DNA from: Nitrospirota bacterium
Lineage (GTDB): Bacteria > Nitrospirota > Thermodesulfovibrionia > Thermodesulfovibrionales > Dissulfurispiraceae
NCBI GenBank assembly: GCA_963710375.1
Contig: CAVPZX010000002.1
Location: forward strand, 416,001 to 480,000
Reading direction: 5' to 3'
Length of the DNA stretch: 64,000 nt
Notes under the pieces: model-generated
What the model was told of the DNA's origin: nothing
The model's input: only the letters and a program-made list of their open reading frames with translations
The model's database searches: none
Part shown: positions 29,434 through 40,901 of the stretch, in pieces
Layout of the letters: every line of letters starts with the position of its first letter
Numbering within the stretch: position 1 is the first letter of the stretch
Program-made: the position numbers and the translations under genes

Positions 29434-30435
29434 TTGAGAAAGATTGCCCTAACAGGAATCGCCGTTTTGTTTATCTTGCTTGTCAATTCCTGCAATAAGA
29501 ATAAAATGGAAGCTTTCAGAGAAACACGCGTTTCACTCTATACCATTGTTACCATCACAGTATATTCTGAGTCCGAGCAGAAAGCAAAAGCTGCAATCGA
29601 TGCTACCTATACCGAATTGGACAGGCTCGGAAAGCTCCTGAACTTTTATTCTGAAGACAGTGAAGTATCAATGATCAACAGGTTTTCGGGTATCAGGCCG
29701 GTAAAGGTCTCAACAGACACCCTGGATGTAATCGACAGGGCGCTCTATATATCGCGGAGTACGGATGGAGCATTTGACATCACCATAGGCCCCATTGTCA
29801 AACTGTGGGATTTTGAGAAGAAAATCCTGCCGGATGACAAAGCAATTAAAGATAAATTATATCTTGTAAATTACCGAAACGTTGTGGTCGATAAGGTGCA
29901 CTCCACTGTTTTTCTTAGAAAAAAGGGAATGCAAATAGATTTGGGCGGCATTGAAAAAGGCTATGCTGCAGAGAGGGCAGCCCAAATATTAAAGAAAAAC
30001 GGAATCACAGCGGGTATTATAGCGGTAGGAGGAGAAGTCAAGCCTTTTGGGACAAAACCGGATGGCGGCCCCTGGAGAGTAGGAATCAAGAACCCACATC
30101 AGAAAGACAAAAACGACGAGATAATTGCGATAGTGAATCTTGCCGGCCAAGCTATATCAACATCGGGAGGGTATGAGAAGTTCTTCGTAAAAGATGGAAA
30201 ATGGTACCATCACATACTGGACCCTGCAACAGGCTATCCAGCTTATGAATGCCAAAGCGTGAGCGTAATTGCGAAGAATGCCCCCGATGGTTTTCCTACT
30301 GGAATATTCGTTCTCGGTCCTCAAAAAGGCCTGAAAATCCTCAAAAAGCTGGGGCTTGACGGCATAATAATAGACAAGTCCGGAGAAATCTTGACTACCG
30401 ACGGAATAAAGGACAAGCTGGAGATTGTCCACTGA
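29434..30435 (+). CDS. apbE: FAD:protein FMN transferase (ApbE family lipoprotein)
   Basis: Lipobox-like LVNSC, FDITIGP, DLGGIEKGY, STSGGYE, YHHILDP. Confidence 0.9.
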   Translation: MRKIALTGIAVLFILLVNSCNKNKMEAFRETRVSLYTIVTITVYSESEQKAKAAIDATYTELDRLGKLLNFYSEDSEVSMINRFSGIRPVKVSTDTLDVIDRALYISRSTDGAFDITIGPIVKLWDFEKKILPDDKAIKDKLYLVNYRNVVVDKVHSTVFLRKKGMQIDLGGIEKGYAAERAAQILKKNGITAGIIAVGGEVKPFGTKPDGGPWRVGIKNPHQKDKNDEIIAIVNLAGQAISTSGGYEKFFVKDGKWYHHILDPATGYPAYECQSVSVIAKNAPDGFPTGIFVLGPQKGLKILKKLGLDGIIIDKSGEILTTDGIKDKLEIVH

Positions 30436-30596
30436 CGCAACTCGTTTTTGCGGACTTGGAGGAAGAAAGAAGTTTGTATAAAATATTAATCAAAATAATG
30501 GTATTTTTACTTATATATTGGAATTAATCCATTTTAATGCTGCATAATATTCCTCAGAAATGCCAATAAATCAAGAAGATAATACATTGTCACGCT

Positions 30597-30612
30597 TGGT
30601 ATATACCTTGCA
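30597..30612 (+). promoter_or_regulatory. Sigma54 (-24/-12) promoter of the MCP-hemerythrin gene
   Basis: TGGTATATACCTTGCA, GG-N10-GC, 35 bp before ATG. Confidence 0.75.
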
Positions 30613-30647
30613 TACTGATAATATTATACTTTTTACCGGGGGTCGTA

Positions 30648-32783
30648 ATGAAAAACTTTTTTCTCAATCTACGCATTAAATATAAGATTGGCTCTATTAT
30701 CCTTATGGCGGTCTTATGTGCAATAGCTTTTAGTATAGTATTCCTCACATTTTTACGGAGCAGTCTTGTCAGCGAGAAAAAGGACAAGCTCAGAAACGTT
30801 GTGGAAACAGCCTATGGGGTAATCGCTCACAATCACAAATTATTTACTGATGGCGCAATGCCTGAAGACCAGGCAAAGGCTGCCGCCATGGCTGCACTCA
30901 AAGCACTGCGCTATAACGAAGACGAATACTTTTGGGTCAACGATGACAAGCTCCCTTATCCTACCATGATCATGCACCCGCTGAATCCTGCTCTGGATGG
31001 AAAACCATTGGATGACGCCAAATACAACTGTGCTACCACCATTCAGGCGGGGTTGAAAGGCGCTGAAAACAAAACTGACGGAAAAAAGAACCTGTTCCAG
31101 GCGGGTGTTGAAGTAGCAAATGCGGCAGGCGAAGGATTCATTGCCTATCAGTGGCCTAAGCCGGTCACAGGCGGCGGGGTTTCCGAAGAGCGCTACCCAA
31201 AAATATCTTTCGTCAAGAAGTTTCCGGCATGGAACTGGATCATAGGAAGCGGGATCTATTGGGACGACATTAATACCATTTATTGGCATCAGGCAGAGTA
31301 CGTCGTAACTTTTATCATCGTGTTTATCATCCTGCTCGCCATTATCGGATGGTATGTATCAAATCATATCACCAACCCTCTTTCTGAAATAAGCCGAAAG
31401 GTAGAAGATTTGGCCAACGGAGATTTAACCGTGAAAATTGAGTATACCAGCAAAGATGAAGCAGGCTCCCTTGCCCAGAGCATGAACCTCATGGTTTCAT
31501 CTATCAGACAAATAGTCGGATCAATTATCGAATCCTCAGCAGACGTTATACATTCCGTTGGATCACTAAAGGCAGGCTCTGAAAGAACTCTGGAGGGAAC
31601 GAATAATCAGTCGTTGCAGGCCGCACAGATTGCGACCGCCGCAGAAGAGATGAGCCAGACCATCAGTGACATCGCTCGAAATTCTTCAATTGCAAGTGAG
31701 TCCTCAAAGGAAGCGATGGATACCGCTGCCAACGGCAAGGATGTGGCAGACGGAGCTGTTGAGACTGTTCATCGGGTCTATGCCTCAACTGTGGAACTCT
31801 CGACCATGGTGGATAAGCTCAACAGCAGAGCGCTCGAAATCGGCGAGATTGTCACAGTGATAAAAGATATCGCCGACCAGACCAACCTTCTGGCACTCAA
31901 TGCTGCCATTGAGGCTGCACGTGCTGGGGAACAAGGCCGCGGATTTTCCGTGGTGGCCGACGAGGTAAGGAAGCTTGCTGAAAGGACCATCAAGGCTACT
32001 GCCGAGATAACGGACAAGATACAGGCTGTGCAGGCAGAATCTCAACAAACAAGCCGTTCCATGCAAGATGCTTCAACAGAGGTCACAAAAGCGCAGGATT
32101 ATATCCGGCAGGTGGGCGATTCGTTGAACCATATAGTTGATTCTGTTAGGAGAGTAGAAGATCAGATCACTCAGATTGCCACAGCGGTTGAAGAACAGGC
32201 GAGCGTTGCAGGGGAAGTAACGAGCAACATTGAAAAAACCTCCGATATTTCAAAGGACATGGAAAAAATGGCCCATGATGTGATGGATGAAGTGAACATA
32301 CTTCATGGAGTTGCCGAATCCCTCAAAATATCCAGCGCAGGGTTTCACCTCGACGGCAGTCATGGGCAGACAACTGAAGATTTCATTCAGTGGAGTGATG
32401 TCTTCAGCGTCAACATAAAATTGATTGACGAGCAGCACAAGCAGCTCTTCCGTTTGATTAATGACCTCTATGCCGCATGGAAATCGAACAAGCCACGGGA
32501 AGTCATGGGGAATGTTTTCAGCGGGCTGCTCGATTATACTGATAAGCATTTCAAACAGGAAGAGGAAATATTCAACCGCTACGGCTACCCCGAAACCTCC
32601 AATCATATGGAAATCCACAGGGCGCTCGTTAAACAGGTGGTGGAGACAAAAAACAAGTTTGACAGGGGGGAAATCAAGGTCAATGCCGACATAATGAATT
32701 TCCTCAAGAACTGGCTCAACAACCATATCCTGAGGGTGGACAAAAAATATTCGGCATTCTTAAACAGCAAGGGCGTTGTGTAA
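30648..32783 (+). CDS. Methyl-accepting chemotaxis protein with Cache sensor and C-terminal hemerythrin domain
   Basis: YFWVND Cache, [26 protein letters not shown], hemerythrin ligands QH..., HFKQEE, HMEIH, HILRVD. Confidence 0.94.
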   Translation: MKNFFLNLRIKYKIGSIILMAVLCAIAFSIVFLTFLRSSLVSEKKDKLRNVVETAYGVIAHNHKLFTDGAMPEDQAKAAAMAALKALRYNEDEYFWVNDDKLPYPTMIMHPLNPALDGKPLDDAKYNCATTIQAGLKGAENKTDGKKNLFQAGVEVANAAGEGFIAYQWPKPVTGGGVSEERYPKISFVKKFPAWNWIIGSGIYWDDINTIYWHQAEYVVTFIIVFIILLAIIGWYVSNHITNPLSEISRKVEDLANGDLTVKIEYTSKDEAGSLAQSMNLMVSSIRQIVGSIIESSADVIHSVGSLKAGSERTLEGTNNQSLQAAQIATAAEEMSQTISDIARNSSIASESSKEAMDTAANGKDVADGAVETVHRVYASTVELSTMVDKLNSRALEIGEIVTVIKDIADQTNLLALNAAIEAARAGEQGRGFSVVADEVRKLAERTIKATAEITDKIQAVQAESQQTSRSMQDASTEVTKAQDYIRQVGDSLNHIVDSVRRVEDQITQIATAVEEQASVAGEVTSNIEKTSDISKDMEKMAHDVMDEVNILHGVAESLKISSAGFHLDGSHGQTTEDFIQWSDVFSVNIKLIDEQHKQLFRLINDLYAAWKSNKPREVMGNVFSGLLDYTDKHFKQEEEIFNRYGYPETSNHMEIHRALVKQVVETKNKFDRGEIKVNADIMNFLKNWLNNHILRVDKKYSAFLNSKGVV

Positions 32784-32790
32784 GACCGTT

Positions 32791-33519
32791 TCACCTTTCA
32801 CGGTCTTTACGTTCTTCGATAAGAAACTGGACCAGCGCCGTTGCAGCAATTGCCGCAGTTTCGGCGCGGAGAATGCGTCTTCCGAGCGTAGCCCTTACAA
32901 TGCCCTGCCCTTCAGCCTTGCGGACCTCGGATGCAGTGAATCCGCCCTCAGGGCCGATAAAGATATGGACAGTCCGTCCGCTGTCGATAACTCCCATCGC
33001 CTCCGAAAGCGCCCTTCCGCCCTCTTCCCAGAAAAGCAGACCGTTCATTTTTTCCCCATCCAATATGTCGTTCAATTTCTCAGGGTCCCGGACCAATGGC
33101 ACAACCGCTCTTCCACACTGCTCGGCAGCCTCTTCAGCAATTGTATGCCACCTCTTCACCTTTCTCGTTTCTTTAACAATGCTGCGTTCAGTAACAAGCG
33201 GCACAATTTCGGCAACACCAAGTTCTGTAGCCTTCTGAATTACCAGGTCCATTTTTTCACCTTTCAGCAAGCCCTGCCACAGGGTAAGCGGCACAGGCAG
33301 TTCTGCATTCAACGGCAGCTCTCCTGTTATATCGATAAATACATCCTTCTTGACAATCGAGACAATCTCTGCAGCATATGCGCTGCCCCTGCCGTCTATA
33401 ACCGTAACGGCATGACCTTTTTTGCATCTGAGTACCGACAAAAGGTAGCGGGATTTTTCCAGTGGCACCTTAATGTGCTTCCTCTTCGCTATGATTTCAG
33501 AGGGGATGAATATTGTCAT
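32791..33519 (-). CDS. rsmE: 16S rRNA m3U1498 methyltransferase
   Basis: QKATELGV, EAAEQCGR, IGPEGGFT, LGRRILRAETA. Confidence 0.96.
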   Translation of the reverse strand: MTIFIPSEIIAKRKHIKVPLEKSRYLLSVLRCKKGHAVTVIDGRGSAYAAEIVSIVKKDVFIDITGELPLNAELPVPLTLWQGLLKGEKMDLVIQKATELGVAEIVPLVTERSIVKETRKVKRWHTIAEEAAEQCGRAVVPLVRDPEKLNDILDGEKMNGLLFWEEGGRALSEAMGVIDSGRTVHIFIGPEGGFTASEVRKAEGQGIVRATLGRRILRAETAAIAATALVQFLIEERKDRER

Positions 33520-33798
33520 CGGATACTTTGAAGCAGGATTTCAACTCCATTATATATTGAGTTTGTTTCTATTATACTTGTCGTCAATAGATATCGTCCA
33601 CAATATTTTCCAAGGATATTTCGATAACTAAAAACAGGTATTTTTCTTTTTCCAAAATGATCTGCTGTTGGGGAATAGCCCGTCGATACTACTTTCGGGT
33701 AATTGTTTTCCAAACAATAAATCTGTTATAAATCGGCAAAAGCATCCTTATCATCGATGACGACAGAGAATTGACCGGGATAACAAAAGAAAGGTTAC

Positions 33799-34617
33799 AT
33801 GGCTAAGATATTTCAGACTCTGATCAATAAGTTTTTCGATTTCTTTAACTTTGGCCGGTCTATCACTATTATCATTCCGGGAATGATTGTCGCGATCTGC
33901 CTTGCGATGCTTGTCAGTCAGATTATATTTCCTAAGGGCAAAGATAAACAGGAACCCACATCCAAAGAGAGCGTAACCAATGAAAGAGGATTGGGCCTGA
34001 AGACCACTGATCAGGGTACAGACAAAGACACGAATGATACCTCCAGCTTCCGCAGGCAGCTATCCGAGGACTATAAAAGGGTGAGCGGCAATTTCTCTCT
34101 AGTAGTGCTTTTGACCATAGTAATCGGCCTTATGCTTTATGAGATGGGTTTCAGGGTCCTTTTGTTATTCGCCGGCAAGGGAGAAAAGCAAAAGCAGCAC
34201 CGGTATAGCCCAAACCATGATAGTGACGACGAGCTTACACTTAAGTTTGAATTTTCCAAAGAACCTGTCGGTTTAGTATATTTCGCACCTTTTCTCAAGG
34301 AAAACTTTTCAGGCCAGGAGAATTATTTTGATTTTCTCGTGACTGAGTATTACAGGTTCTTGGAGTTTGCGACAATTATGCCTATTTCCATTATCGTATC
34401 GGACATACTCGGTATCGCCTATTACGTGTTGTTTTCCATCAGGAATTCTTGCTGGCCCTATCCCCTAGCGCTTGGATTATTATTTCTTGTCCTGATTGTG
34501 AGTTCTATATTGTTTCTGCTCAAGGTTACTACCTACATATTTGAATCCTACAAGAAAGCCGTAAAGGATCTTATTCAGGGGGTAAGCGATATGATGAGTA
34601 AGGGACTTGTGAAATAA
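33799..34617 (+). CDS. Hypothetical membrane protein
   Basis: 272 aa with about four hydrophobic segments; GAAAGG upstream. Confidence 0.75.
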   Translation: MAKIFQTLINKFFDFFNFGRSITIIIPGMIVAICLAMLVSQIIFPKGKDKQEPTSKESVTNERGLGLKTTDQGTDKDTNDTSSFRRQLSEDYKRVSGNFSLVVLLTIVIGLMLYEMGFRVLLLFAGKGEKQKQHRYSPNHDSDDELTLKFEFSKEPVGLVYFAPFLKENFSGQENYFDFLVTEYYRFLEFATIMPISIIVSDILGIAYYVLFSIRNSCWPYPLALGLLFLVLIVSSILFLLKVTTYIFESYKKAVKDLIQGVSDMMSKGLVK

Positions 34618-34800
34618 ACAGGGTAAAAGATTATACTCGACCCTTCAGGTATTGCAGGTCAAGTCTCCACTTCTTCCCGTAGTCCACAAGAATAGAATCT
34701 GTTTATAACTCTGCTTATTACAAGTCGGAACAATTATAATTTCACTATGATCCCATTCTTATATGTGATATAATGGCTAAAATTCTGTTGGGATGGGGTT

Positions 34801-35103
34801 ATGCGGTTCTTCATTGTTCTGGCTCTCTTAATTACAATCGCAATTGTTCTTTTTGCGTCACAAAATTCAGCTATTGTAACAGTCAGCTTTCTTTCATTCC
34901 ATTATAATGGCTCTCTTGCCTTGATTTTGGTCATAGTTTTTACTGCAGGTTTGCTTGCCGGCATACTCATTTCCGTCCCTTCGCTATTAAGAAAAAATGC
35001 TTTTATCCGAGAACAGAAAAGAAGGGTAAAACAACTTGAGGAAAGCATTACCAAATGCATTGCTTCTCAGCCGGCAGGACAAGAAAAGTCAGTCAAAGAT
35101 TAA
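34801..35103 (+). CDS. LapA-family membrane protein
   Basis: FASQN...V.VSFL motif, two TM helices, coiled-coil tail. Confidence 0.8.
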   Translation: MRFFIVLALLITIAIVLFASQNSAIVTVSFLSFHYNGSLALILVIVFTAGLLAGILISVPSLLRKNAFIREQKRRVKQLEESITKCIASQPAGQEKSVKD

Positions 35104-35182
35104 GTGGGATGATAAACTTTTCGGGCAACAGGACTTCCTGTTAGCCTCACCTGTGATATGCAAAAGAACTATCTGACTTCTA

Positions 35183-35473
35183 ATGGATAATGTGAGAAAA
35201 CTTTTAGGTGGTTTTTTTAAAATTTGTGGTTGTTTTGATTTCGTCATTTTTGGATTGTGGGGCTTTTACCTTTCACTGAAAATCATAGGCGAAATAGCAG
35301 GTCTTGAGGGGGTTGCCATAGGGTTTGCAGTTGCTCCGGTCACATTCGTTGTAGTCCCTTGGTACGCAGGCATTGTACGGGATAATTGGTTACCTTTATT
35401 GATTTCTTACGGTGGCGGAATGATAGGATGCCTATTCTTTTTCATGGGAGTATTGATAGCTGGTGATGAATGA
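35183..35473 (+). CDS. Hypothetical membrane protein
   Basis: 96 aa, three hydrophobic Gly-rich segments. Confidence 0.7.
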   Translation: MDNVRKLLGGFFKICGCFDFVIFGLWGFYLSLKIIGEIAGLEGVAIGFAVAPVTFVVVPWYAGIVRDNWLPLLISYGGGMIGCLFFFMGVLIAGDE

Positions 35474-35494
35474 AAGTTGAAAACTCATTTGCCG

Positions 35495-35749
35495 TTATTC
35501 GACTTCCGGCTCATCGTCTTCACCGGGCTCGCTGCCTTCATCCGAATCAGCCTCGATTTCAGCCATTATTTTCTTAACTTCTTCCTCTGCATTCCTCAGT
35601 CTTGTCTTGCAAAGTTTCACCAGAAGGGCAGCCCTTTTTACCTTGCCTGCCAGCACATCCACATCAACATCTTCCGTTTCTATCTCACTGATTATCTGTT
35701 CCAGCTCCGTCAAAGCCTGGGAGTAAGCTGGCTGCTTGCTCTTGCTCAT
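35495..35749 (-). CDS. xseB: Exodeoxyribonuclease VII small subunit
   Basis: YSQALTELEQII...CKTRLRNAE; downstream of xseA. Confidence 0.92.
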   Translation of the reverse strand: MSKSKQPAYSQALTELEQIISEIETEDVDVDVLAGKVKRAALLVKLCKTRLRNAEEEVKKIMAEIEADSDEGSEPGEDDEPEVE

Positions 35750-37016
35750 GGTTCCTCGCCCTCCTTTGCGTTCCTACAATGCTTACAATGTTTCCTTTGT
35801 AGAGTGTTGTATCAATCGCCGCACCCTTGCTTACAAGCGAAGCGTCCTTTAGAATTTTTCCATCGTGGCGGGTAATGCTATAGCCCCTCCTGAGCACGTT
35901 GACCGGATCAAGAAGTCTTAACGCCTGCCCTATCCTGTCGAGCTCATAGTCCATCTTTTGCAAACGCTGATTTGTAAAATTCCTGAGACTGCTTTGAATA
36001 AGTAGCAGTTTATTAAACTGGGCGGAAACCGCCCGGCCAGGGATATAGCCGAGCTGCCTGGCAATCGAATGAAGCCGGTAGCGGATATCCTGCAGCAGTC
36101 TGGCGGTATATGTTATTATCCTGTTCCGTAAATCAATAACGTTGTCCTCAAAACTTCGTAGTCCAGAGACAAGGAATTCAGCAACCGCTGTCGGCGTTTT
36201 CATCCTCGTATGAGCTACTATATCCGCTACAGTATCGTCTTTTTCATGGCCTATGCCGGTAATAACCGCTAGAGGGCATCTGGCTATTTGCGCTGCGAGA
36301 GCATAATTGTCAAAGCAGCTCAGATCAACCGCAGATCCGCCTCCCCTGATGATAACCGCAACGTCGAACAAATGCCGGTATTTCCCGATCTTCCGTAATG
36401 CTTCAATAATAGAGCCCTCGGCATCCTGTCCCTGCACCAATGCAGGGAAAAGAACATGGACGAACTGATAACCATACCGGTTGGTATCAAGCTGGCTAAA
36501 GAAATCCCCGTAACCGGCAGCAGAAGGGGACGATATGACAGCAATCCTCTGTGGAACTAAAGGCAGCGGGAGGCTTTTATTCAGTTCAAGGAGACCCTCT
36601 TTCCTCAGCCGTTCGATAACTTCCTTCCTCTTGCGTGCCATCTCCCCAAGTGTATACGTGGGATCAATATCCCTGATGTTGAGGCTTAACCCGTATACCT
36701 CATGATAATTCACGACGGCAAGAAGCATTATTTTCATACCCGGCCGTATCGGCTCATTCGTGGCGGTCTGGAATTTATGGCTTAGCTTACGGTACTCATA
36801 TGCCCATATGGTCGCCTTGGCCTGTGCCACAGTTCTGTCATCATCCTTTTCGACCAGTTCAAGATAGCAGTGTCCCCGCTGGTTGCATTTGAGATCGGCT
36901 ATTTCAGCCGTAACCCAGTAAGCCTCGGGAAAGGCCCTGGTGATGGCGGATTTAATGGCGTTATTCAGCTCGTAGAGGGTGTAAGCGGTTTTGTTCGTTG
37001 ATAGTTCATCCATCAT
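35685..37016 (-). CDS. xseA: Exodeoxyribonuclease VII large subunit
   Basis: GHCYLEL, RGGGS, TGIGHEKD, TPTAVAE, LRRGYS. Confidence 0.95.
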   Translation of the reverse strand: MMDELSTNKTAYTLYELNNAIKSAITRAFPEAYWVTAEIADLKCNQRGHCYLELVEKDDDRTVAQAKATIWAYEYRKLSHKFQTATNEPIRPGMKIMLLAVVNYHEVYGLSLNIRDIDPTYTLGEMARKRKEVIERLRKEGLLELNKSLPLPLVPQRIAVISSPSAAGYGDFFSQLDTNRYGYQFVHVLFPALVQGQDAEGSIIEALRKIGKYRHLFDVAVIIRGGGSAVDLSCFDNYALAAQIARCPLAVITGIGHEKDDTVADIVAHTRMKTPTAVAEFLVSGLRSFEDNVIDLRNRIITYTARLLQDIRYRLHSIARQLGYIPGRAVSAQFNKLLLIQSSLRNFTNQRLQKMDYELDRIGQALRLLDPVNVLRRGYSITRHDGKILKDASLVSKGAAIDTTLYKGNIVSIVGTQRRARNHEQEQAASLLPGFDGAGTDNQ

Positions 37017-37053
37017 GTCATTATACTATAACATTGCCATCCTACGAGAAAAG

Positions 37054-37126
37054 CAGGTAGAGGTTAAGGCAGAGGTAAAAAGATAAAGAGTGATTTATTG
37101 TCTTTTATTTACCTCTACCTCTACCT
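37054..37126. repeat. Inverted tandem-hexamer element (AGGTAG family)
   Basis: CAGGTAGAGGTTAAGGCAGAGGTAAA ... TTTACCTCTACCTCTACCT. Confidence 0.82.
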
Positions 37127-37153
37127 AATGGCATAAGGAGGACAGCGGTTTCG

Positions 37154-38839
37154 ATGAGCACGGAAATCAACAAAGTAATCTACTCGATGGTGGGCGTGAG
37201 CAAGTATTATGATAAAAAACCGGTATTAAAGGGTATTTATCTCTCATATTTTTATGGGGCAAAAATAGGTGTCCTCGGACTCAACGGTTCGGGGAAAAGC
37301 TCTCTTTTACGCATTCTTGCAGGCGTTGACAAAGACTTTCATGGAGAAACAGTCCTATCACCCGGTCATACCATCGGGTATCTTGAACAGGAACCGGTAC
37401 TCGACGGTACAAAAACCGTTCGCGAAATTATAGAAGAAGGTGTCGGGGAAATTGTCGCTACCCTAAACGAATATAATGCGATTAACGAGAAGTTTACTGA
37501 GCCTATGTCGGACGATGAGATGAACAAACTTATCGAGCGTCAGGGCGTGGTTCAGGAAAAACTTGATGCACTGGATGCATGGAACCTTGACTCACATCTC
37601 GAAATGGCTATGGATGCCTTACGCTGCCCTGCCGGGGATACGCCGGTCAAGGTGCTGTCCGGAGGTGAAAAACGCCGTGTTGCCCTCTGCAGACTTTTAC
37701 TCCAAAACCCTGATATCCTCCTGCTTGATGAACCGACCAACCATCTCGACGCGGAGTCGGTCGCTTGGCTTGAGCACCACCTGCGGAATTTCGCCGGCAC
37801 TATTATTGCCGTCACACACGACCGCTATTTCCTCGATAACGTGGCAGGGTGGATACTGGAGCTGGACAGAGGACAGGGCATTCCGTGGAAAGGTAATTAC
37901 TCGTCATGGCTTGAGCAGAAAAAGAACAGGCTGGCACAGGAAGAAAAAACCGAAAGCGAGCGTCAGAAAACCCTGGAGCGCGAACTTGAATGGATACGGA
38001 TGTCTCCCAAGGGAAGACATGCGAAATCGAAAGCACGCATAAATTCTTATGAATCCCTTTTCGGACAGGACAAGGAAAAACAGGCATCAGAGCTTGAGAT
38101 TTACATACCACCGGGACCGCGCTTGGGAGATACAGTCATCAAGGCGGACAATGTCAGCAAAACCTTTGGCGATCAGGTACTGTTTGAAGGGATGTCGTTT
38201 TCCCTGCCCCCGGGTGGAATAGTGGGCGTAATTGGCCCAAACGGTGCAGGCAAAACAACCCTTTTCCGCATTATAACCGGAGAGACAACGCCAGACTCGG
38301 GAACAATCAAAATCGGTGAGACGGTTAAACTTGGCTATTTGGACCAGAGCCGTGATTCCCTGGATCCCGACAAGACTATATGGGAAGCAATTTCTGGCGG
38401 AGAAGACACCATACAACTCGGCAAAAAACAGGTCAATTCCCGCGGATACGTGGCACGCTTCAATTTCTCCGGTTCAGACCAACAGAAAAAAGTGGGCACG
38501 TTGTCTGGAGGAGAACGGAATCGTGTGCACCTGGCGAGCATTCTTAGGGAAGGGTCGAATGTACTGCTGCTTGATGAGCCGACAAATGACCTGGACGTAA
38601 ATACTATGCGCGCTCTTGAAGAGGCACTCGAAAATTTTGCCGGGTGTGCGGTCGTAATAAGTCATGACCGATGGTTCCTGGACAGGATTGCAACACACAT
38701 TCTCTCCTTCGAGGGCGATAGTAAGGTTGTATGGTTCGAGGGAAATTATTCTGACTATGAAAGCGACAGAAAGGCGCGTCTCGGGGCCTCGGCTGACCAG
38801 CCGCATCGGATAAAATACCGCAAGCTGACGAGGGGATAA
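37154..38839 (+). CDS. ettA: Energy-dependent translational throttle protein (ABC-F)
   Basis: [15 protein letters not shown], two ABC domains, HRIKYRKL C-terminus. Confidence 0.95.
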   Translation: MSTEINKVIYSMVGVSKYYDKKPVLKGIYLSYFYGAKIGVLGLNGSGKSSLLRILAGVDKDFHGETVLSPGHTIGYLEQEPVLDGTKTVREIIEEGVGEIVATLNEYNAINEKFTEPMSDDEMNKLIERQGVVQEKLDALDAWNLDSHLEMAMDALRCPAGDTPVKVLSGGEKRRVALCRLLLQNPDILLLDEPTNHLDAESVAWLEHHLRNFAGTIIAVTHDRYFLDNVAGWILELDRGQGIPWKGNYSSWLEQKKNRLAQEEKTESERQKTLERELEWIRMSPKGRHAKSKARINSYESLFGQDKEKQASELEIYIPPGPRLGDTVIKADNVSKTFGDQVLFEGMSFSLPPGGIVGVIGPNGAGKTTLFRIITGETTPDSGTIKIGETVKLGYLDQSRDSLDPDKTIWEAISGGEDTIQLGKKQVNSRGYVARFNFSGSDQQKKVGTLSGGERNRVHLASILREGSNVLLLDEPTNDLDVNTMRALEEALENFAGCAVVISHDRWFLDRIATHILSFEGDSKVVWFEGNYSDYESDRKARLGASADQPHRIKYRKLTRG

Positions 38840-38873
38840 ATGGATTTAGGGTCTGCGCATAAGCGAACAGACA

Positions 38874-39062
38874 CTAAACCCATTCCTCACATTTGAAAGT
38901 ACATCGGGACTTAAATTTAACGCACCTTATATACATAGTATTGTTCTTTTTATCATCCACAAAAGATGACGACAGGCATCGCAGGGGGTCCTCGCCGCAG
39001 GCGCCTTTTGCCTTCTCCCTCAGCCATTCTTCTGTCAAGTCTTTGAGGCTCTTATCTTCCAT
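38874..39062 (-). CDS. Small Cys-rich hypothetical protein
   Basis: 62 aa, five Cys, AGGA RBS, co-oriented after TPR gene. Confidence 0.5.
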   Translation of the reverse strand: MEDKSLKDLTEEWLREKAKGACGEDPLRCLSSSFVDDKKNNTMYIRCVKFKSRCTFKCEEWV

Positions 39063-39085
39063 TGGGATCCTATTACAACAACTTC

Positions 39086-39694
39086 TTATTGTTCGGAAAG
39101 CTGTTTCAGGTTATCGCATGAATTTTTATCGCCCATATCACACGCCTTTTTATAATCAACCGCTGCCTTTTTTAAATAAGCAAACCCCCTGGAAGCATAT
39201 GCTTCCGTGAAGGCCGGCCTGATAGAAAGCGCCTTATTGAAATCGTCGATCGCCTCATCGTATTGCCCCCTTCTGGAATAAGCAATGCCGCGGTTCTGAT
39301 AGGCCGCGGCAAATCTGGGGTCTAGGGAAATAGCCTTTGTATCGTCCTCGATAGTTTTGCTGAACAAATCTTTCCTGAAATATGCAAGGCCGCGGTCATA
39401 ATACATATCCGCATTGTCGGCTTTGATAATGATAGCCCTATTGAAATCCTCGATTGCCTCATCGTATTGATGCAGATAGTAATAGGCCTTACCGCGATAA
39501 TAGTAAGGTTCTGGAATGTCCTGAACGAGAGAAATTGCCTTGCTGTATTCTTTGACTGCGTCGGCGAACTTGCCGTCATTGTAAAGCCTAGTTGCGCCGT
39601 CAAAGTACGTCTGTGCATCAGCGCCCAGAGCTGAAGCAGCACAGTATGCTATAAACATAGCCGTTAAAAACATAGTAGTACATAATCGTTTCAT
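39086..39694 (-). CDS. Exported tetratricopeptide repeat protein
   Basis: Signal peptide; repeated Y..RG.AY...Y.EAI.DF..AI units. Confidence 0.92.
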   Translation of the reverse strand: MKRLCTTMFLTAMFIAYCAASALGADAQTYFDGATRLYNDGKFADAVKEYSKAISLVQDIPEPYYYRGKAYYYLHQYDEAIEDFNRAIIIKADNADMYYDRGLAYFRKDLFSKTIEDDTKAISLDPRFAAAYQNRGIAYSRRGQYDEAIDDFNKALSIRPAFTEAYASRGFAYLKKAAVDYKKACDMGDKNSCDNLKQLSEQ

Positions 39695-39740
39695 GACTCA
39701 TTCCCTCTTCAATAATAATTAAAATTAGTTTCCATCTATA

Positions 39741-40844
39741 TTACTTTATTCCATCAAAAATTGGTAAGGACCAGAATTCCCTGGCTACAGCAGGGTACAA
39801 AACAGGATTGAACAATATATTGGTCATGAAATAGCATTCGTGCGTGCAGTAACATTTCCTGTCTCTTATTGATCGGATAACTCCCTCAGCCTTGTCAGAT
39901 CGCAGCAGCTTTTTGATGTCGCCGTCATAACCCCGAACATTTCCGAAAGTTTCGCTGAGCATTTCGCAGGGGAAGACATCACCGCACTCGGTGATCACCA
40001 GGTTCAGCCTGCCTGCATAACAGGAGATAAGCCTTTTTTGTTCATGCAGTGTCCTGTGTATCAAACGCCGTTGAACAATATCCTGGGCAGCTTTGATGCG
40101 GCCCCCCCTGAACCGGTATCTGCGGGAGCAACCGCTCTTCAGATCGCTCTCGAGCCGGCCTATTGCCCGATTATAGAGTTCGATGTCCACATCTTTATAC
40201 TGTCCGTTGACGAGGTCTCCGCGCACCAGCGATATCGTATGGGTCTTTATATGCTTCATTTCCCTCACAAAATCGATTATGCCGTCCATGGCATGCTGGT
40301 TCCCCGAGCAGAACACCGTATTGACACCAAGTTCAAAATTAGGATAAGCGTCAACGAGATCTCCAAGCGCTCTGTACGTCTGGATTGTTTTTTCAAAACT
40401 CCCCGGCGTATTGCGCAAGGCATCGTGTGCCCCATCAAGCCCGTCAATGGAAAGCTTTACGGCAATAACGCTTTTTTTGCACAACTTCAATATCTGCTCG
40501 GTCCTGGATCGAATGACATCCGGGAGAAGGCCGTTTGTCGGATAAAGCATTATGGCTGGTCTGTTGTTTTTGTAAAATACACTGCTTATTTCGACAAGAT
40601 CGTCCCTCAGGTAAATTTCTCCGCCCGAAAAAGCGAGCCAAAGTAGGCTGCCCATGGAGTGAGAAATTTTTTCAATTTCACTTAACGTGAGTTCCGTAGC
40701 GGAATAGTCCGCAGACCGGCGCCTGCCTCTCAGATAGAAACAGAATGGACAATGTGCGTTACATCTGCGGGTCAGAAAAAGCGTCAGGTGAATTGGTCTG
40801 GTTTTCCTGAAGATCTGCCCGATATACTGTGCCGGAGAGTACAT
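39741..40844 (-). CDS. Radical SAM protein with C-terminal SPASM/twitch-like Cys region
   Basis: CNAHCPFC, FSGGE, CYAG...GDVFPCE, CYCTHEC. Confidence 0.92.
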   Translation of the reverse strand: MYSPAQYIGQIFRKTRPIHLTLFLTRRCNAHCPFCFYLRGRRRSADYSATELTLSEIEKISHSMGSLLWLAFSGGEIYLRDDLVEISSVFYKNNRPAIMLYPTNGLLPDVIRSRTEQILKLCKKSVIAVKLSIDGLDGAHDALRNTPGSFEKTIQTYRALGDLVDAYPNFELGVNTVFCSGNQHAMDGIIDFVREMKHIKTHTISLVRGDLVNGQYKDVDIELYNRAIGRLESDLKSGCSRRYRFRGGRIKAAQDIVQRRLIHRTLHEQKRLISCYAGRLNLVITECGDVFPCEMLSETFGNVRGYDGDIKKLLRSDKAEGVIRSIRDRKCYCTHECYFMTNILFNPVLYPAVAREFWSLPIFDGIK

Positions 40845-40901
40845 TGTTTATAATAGCACTAAGTGAGTCAGTGCATAAATACAGAGTGTCGATGAGCCGC
40901 G

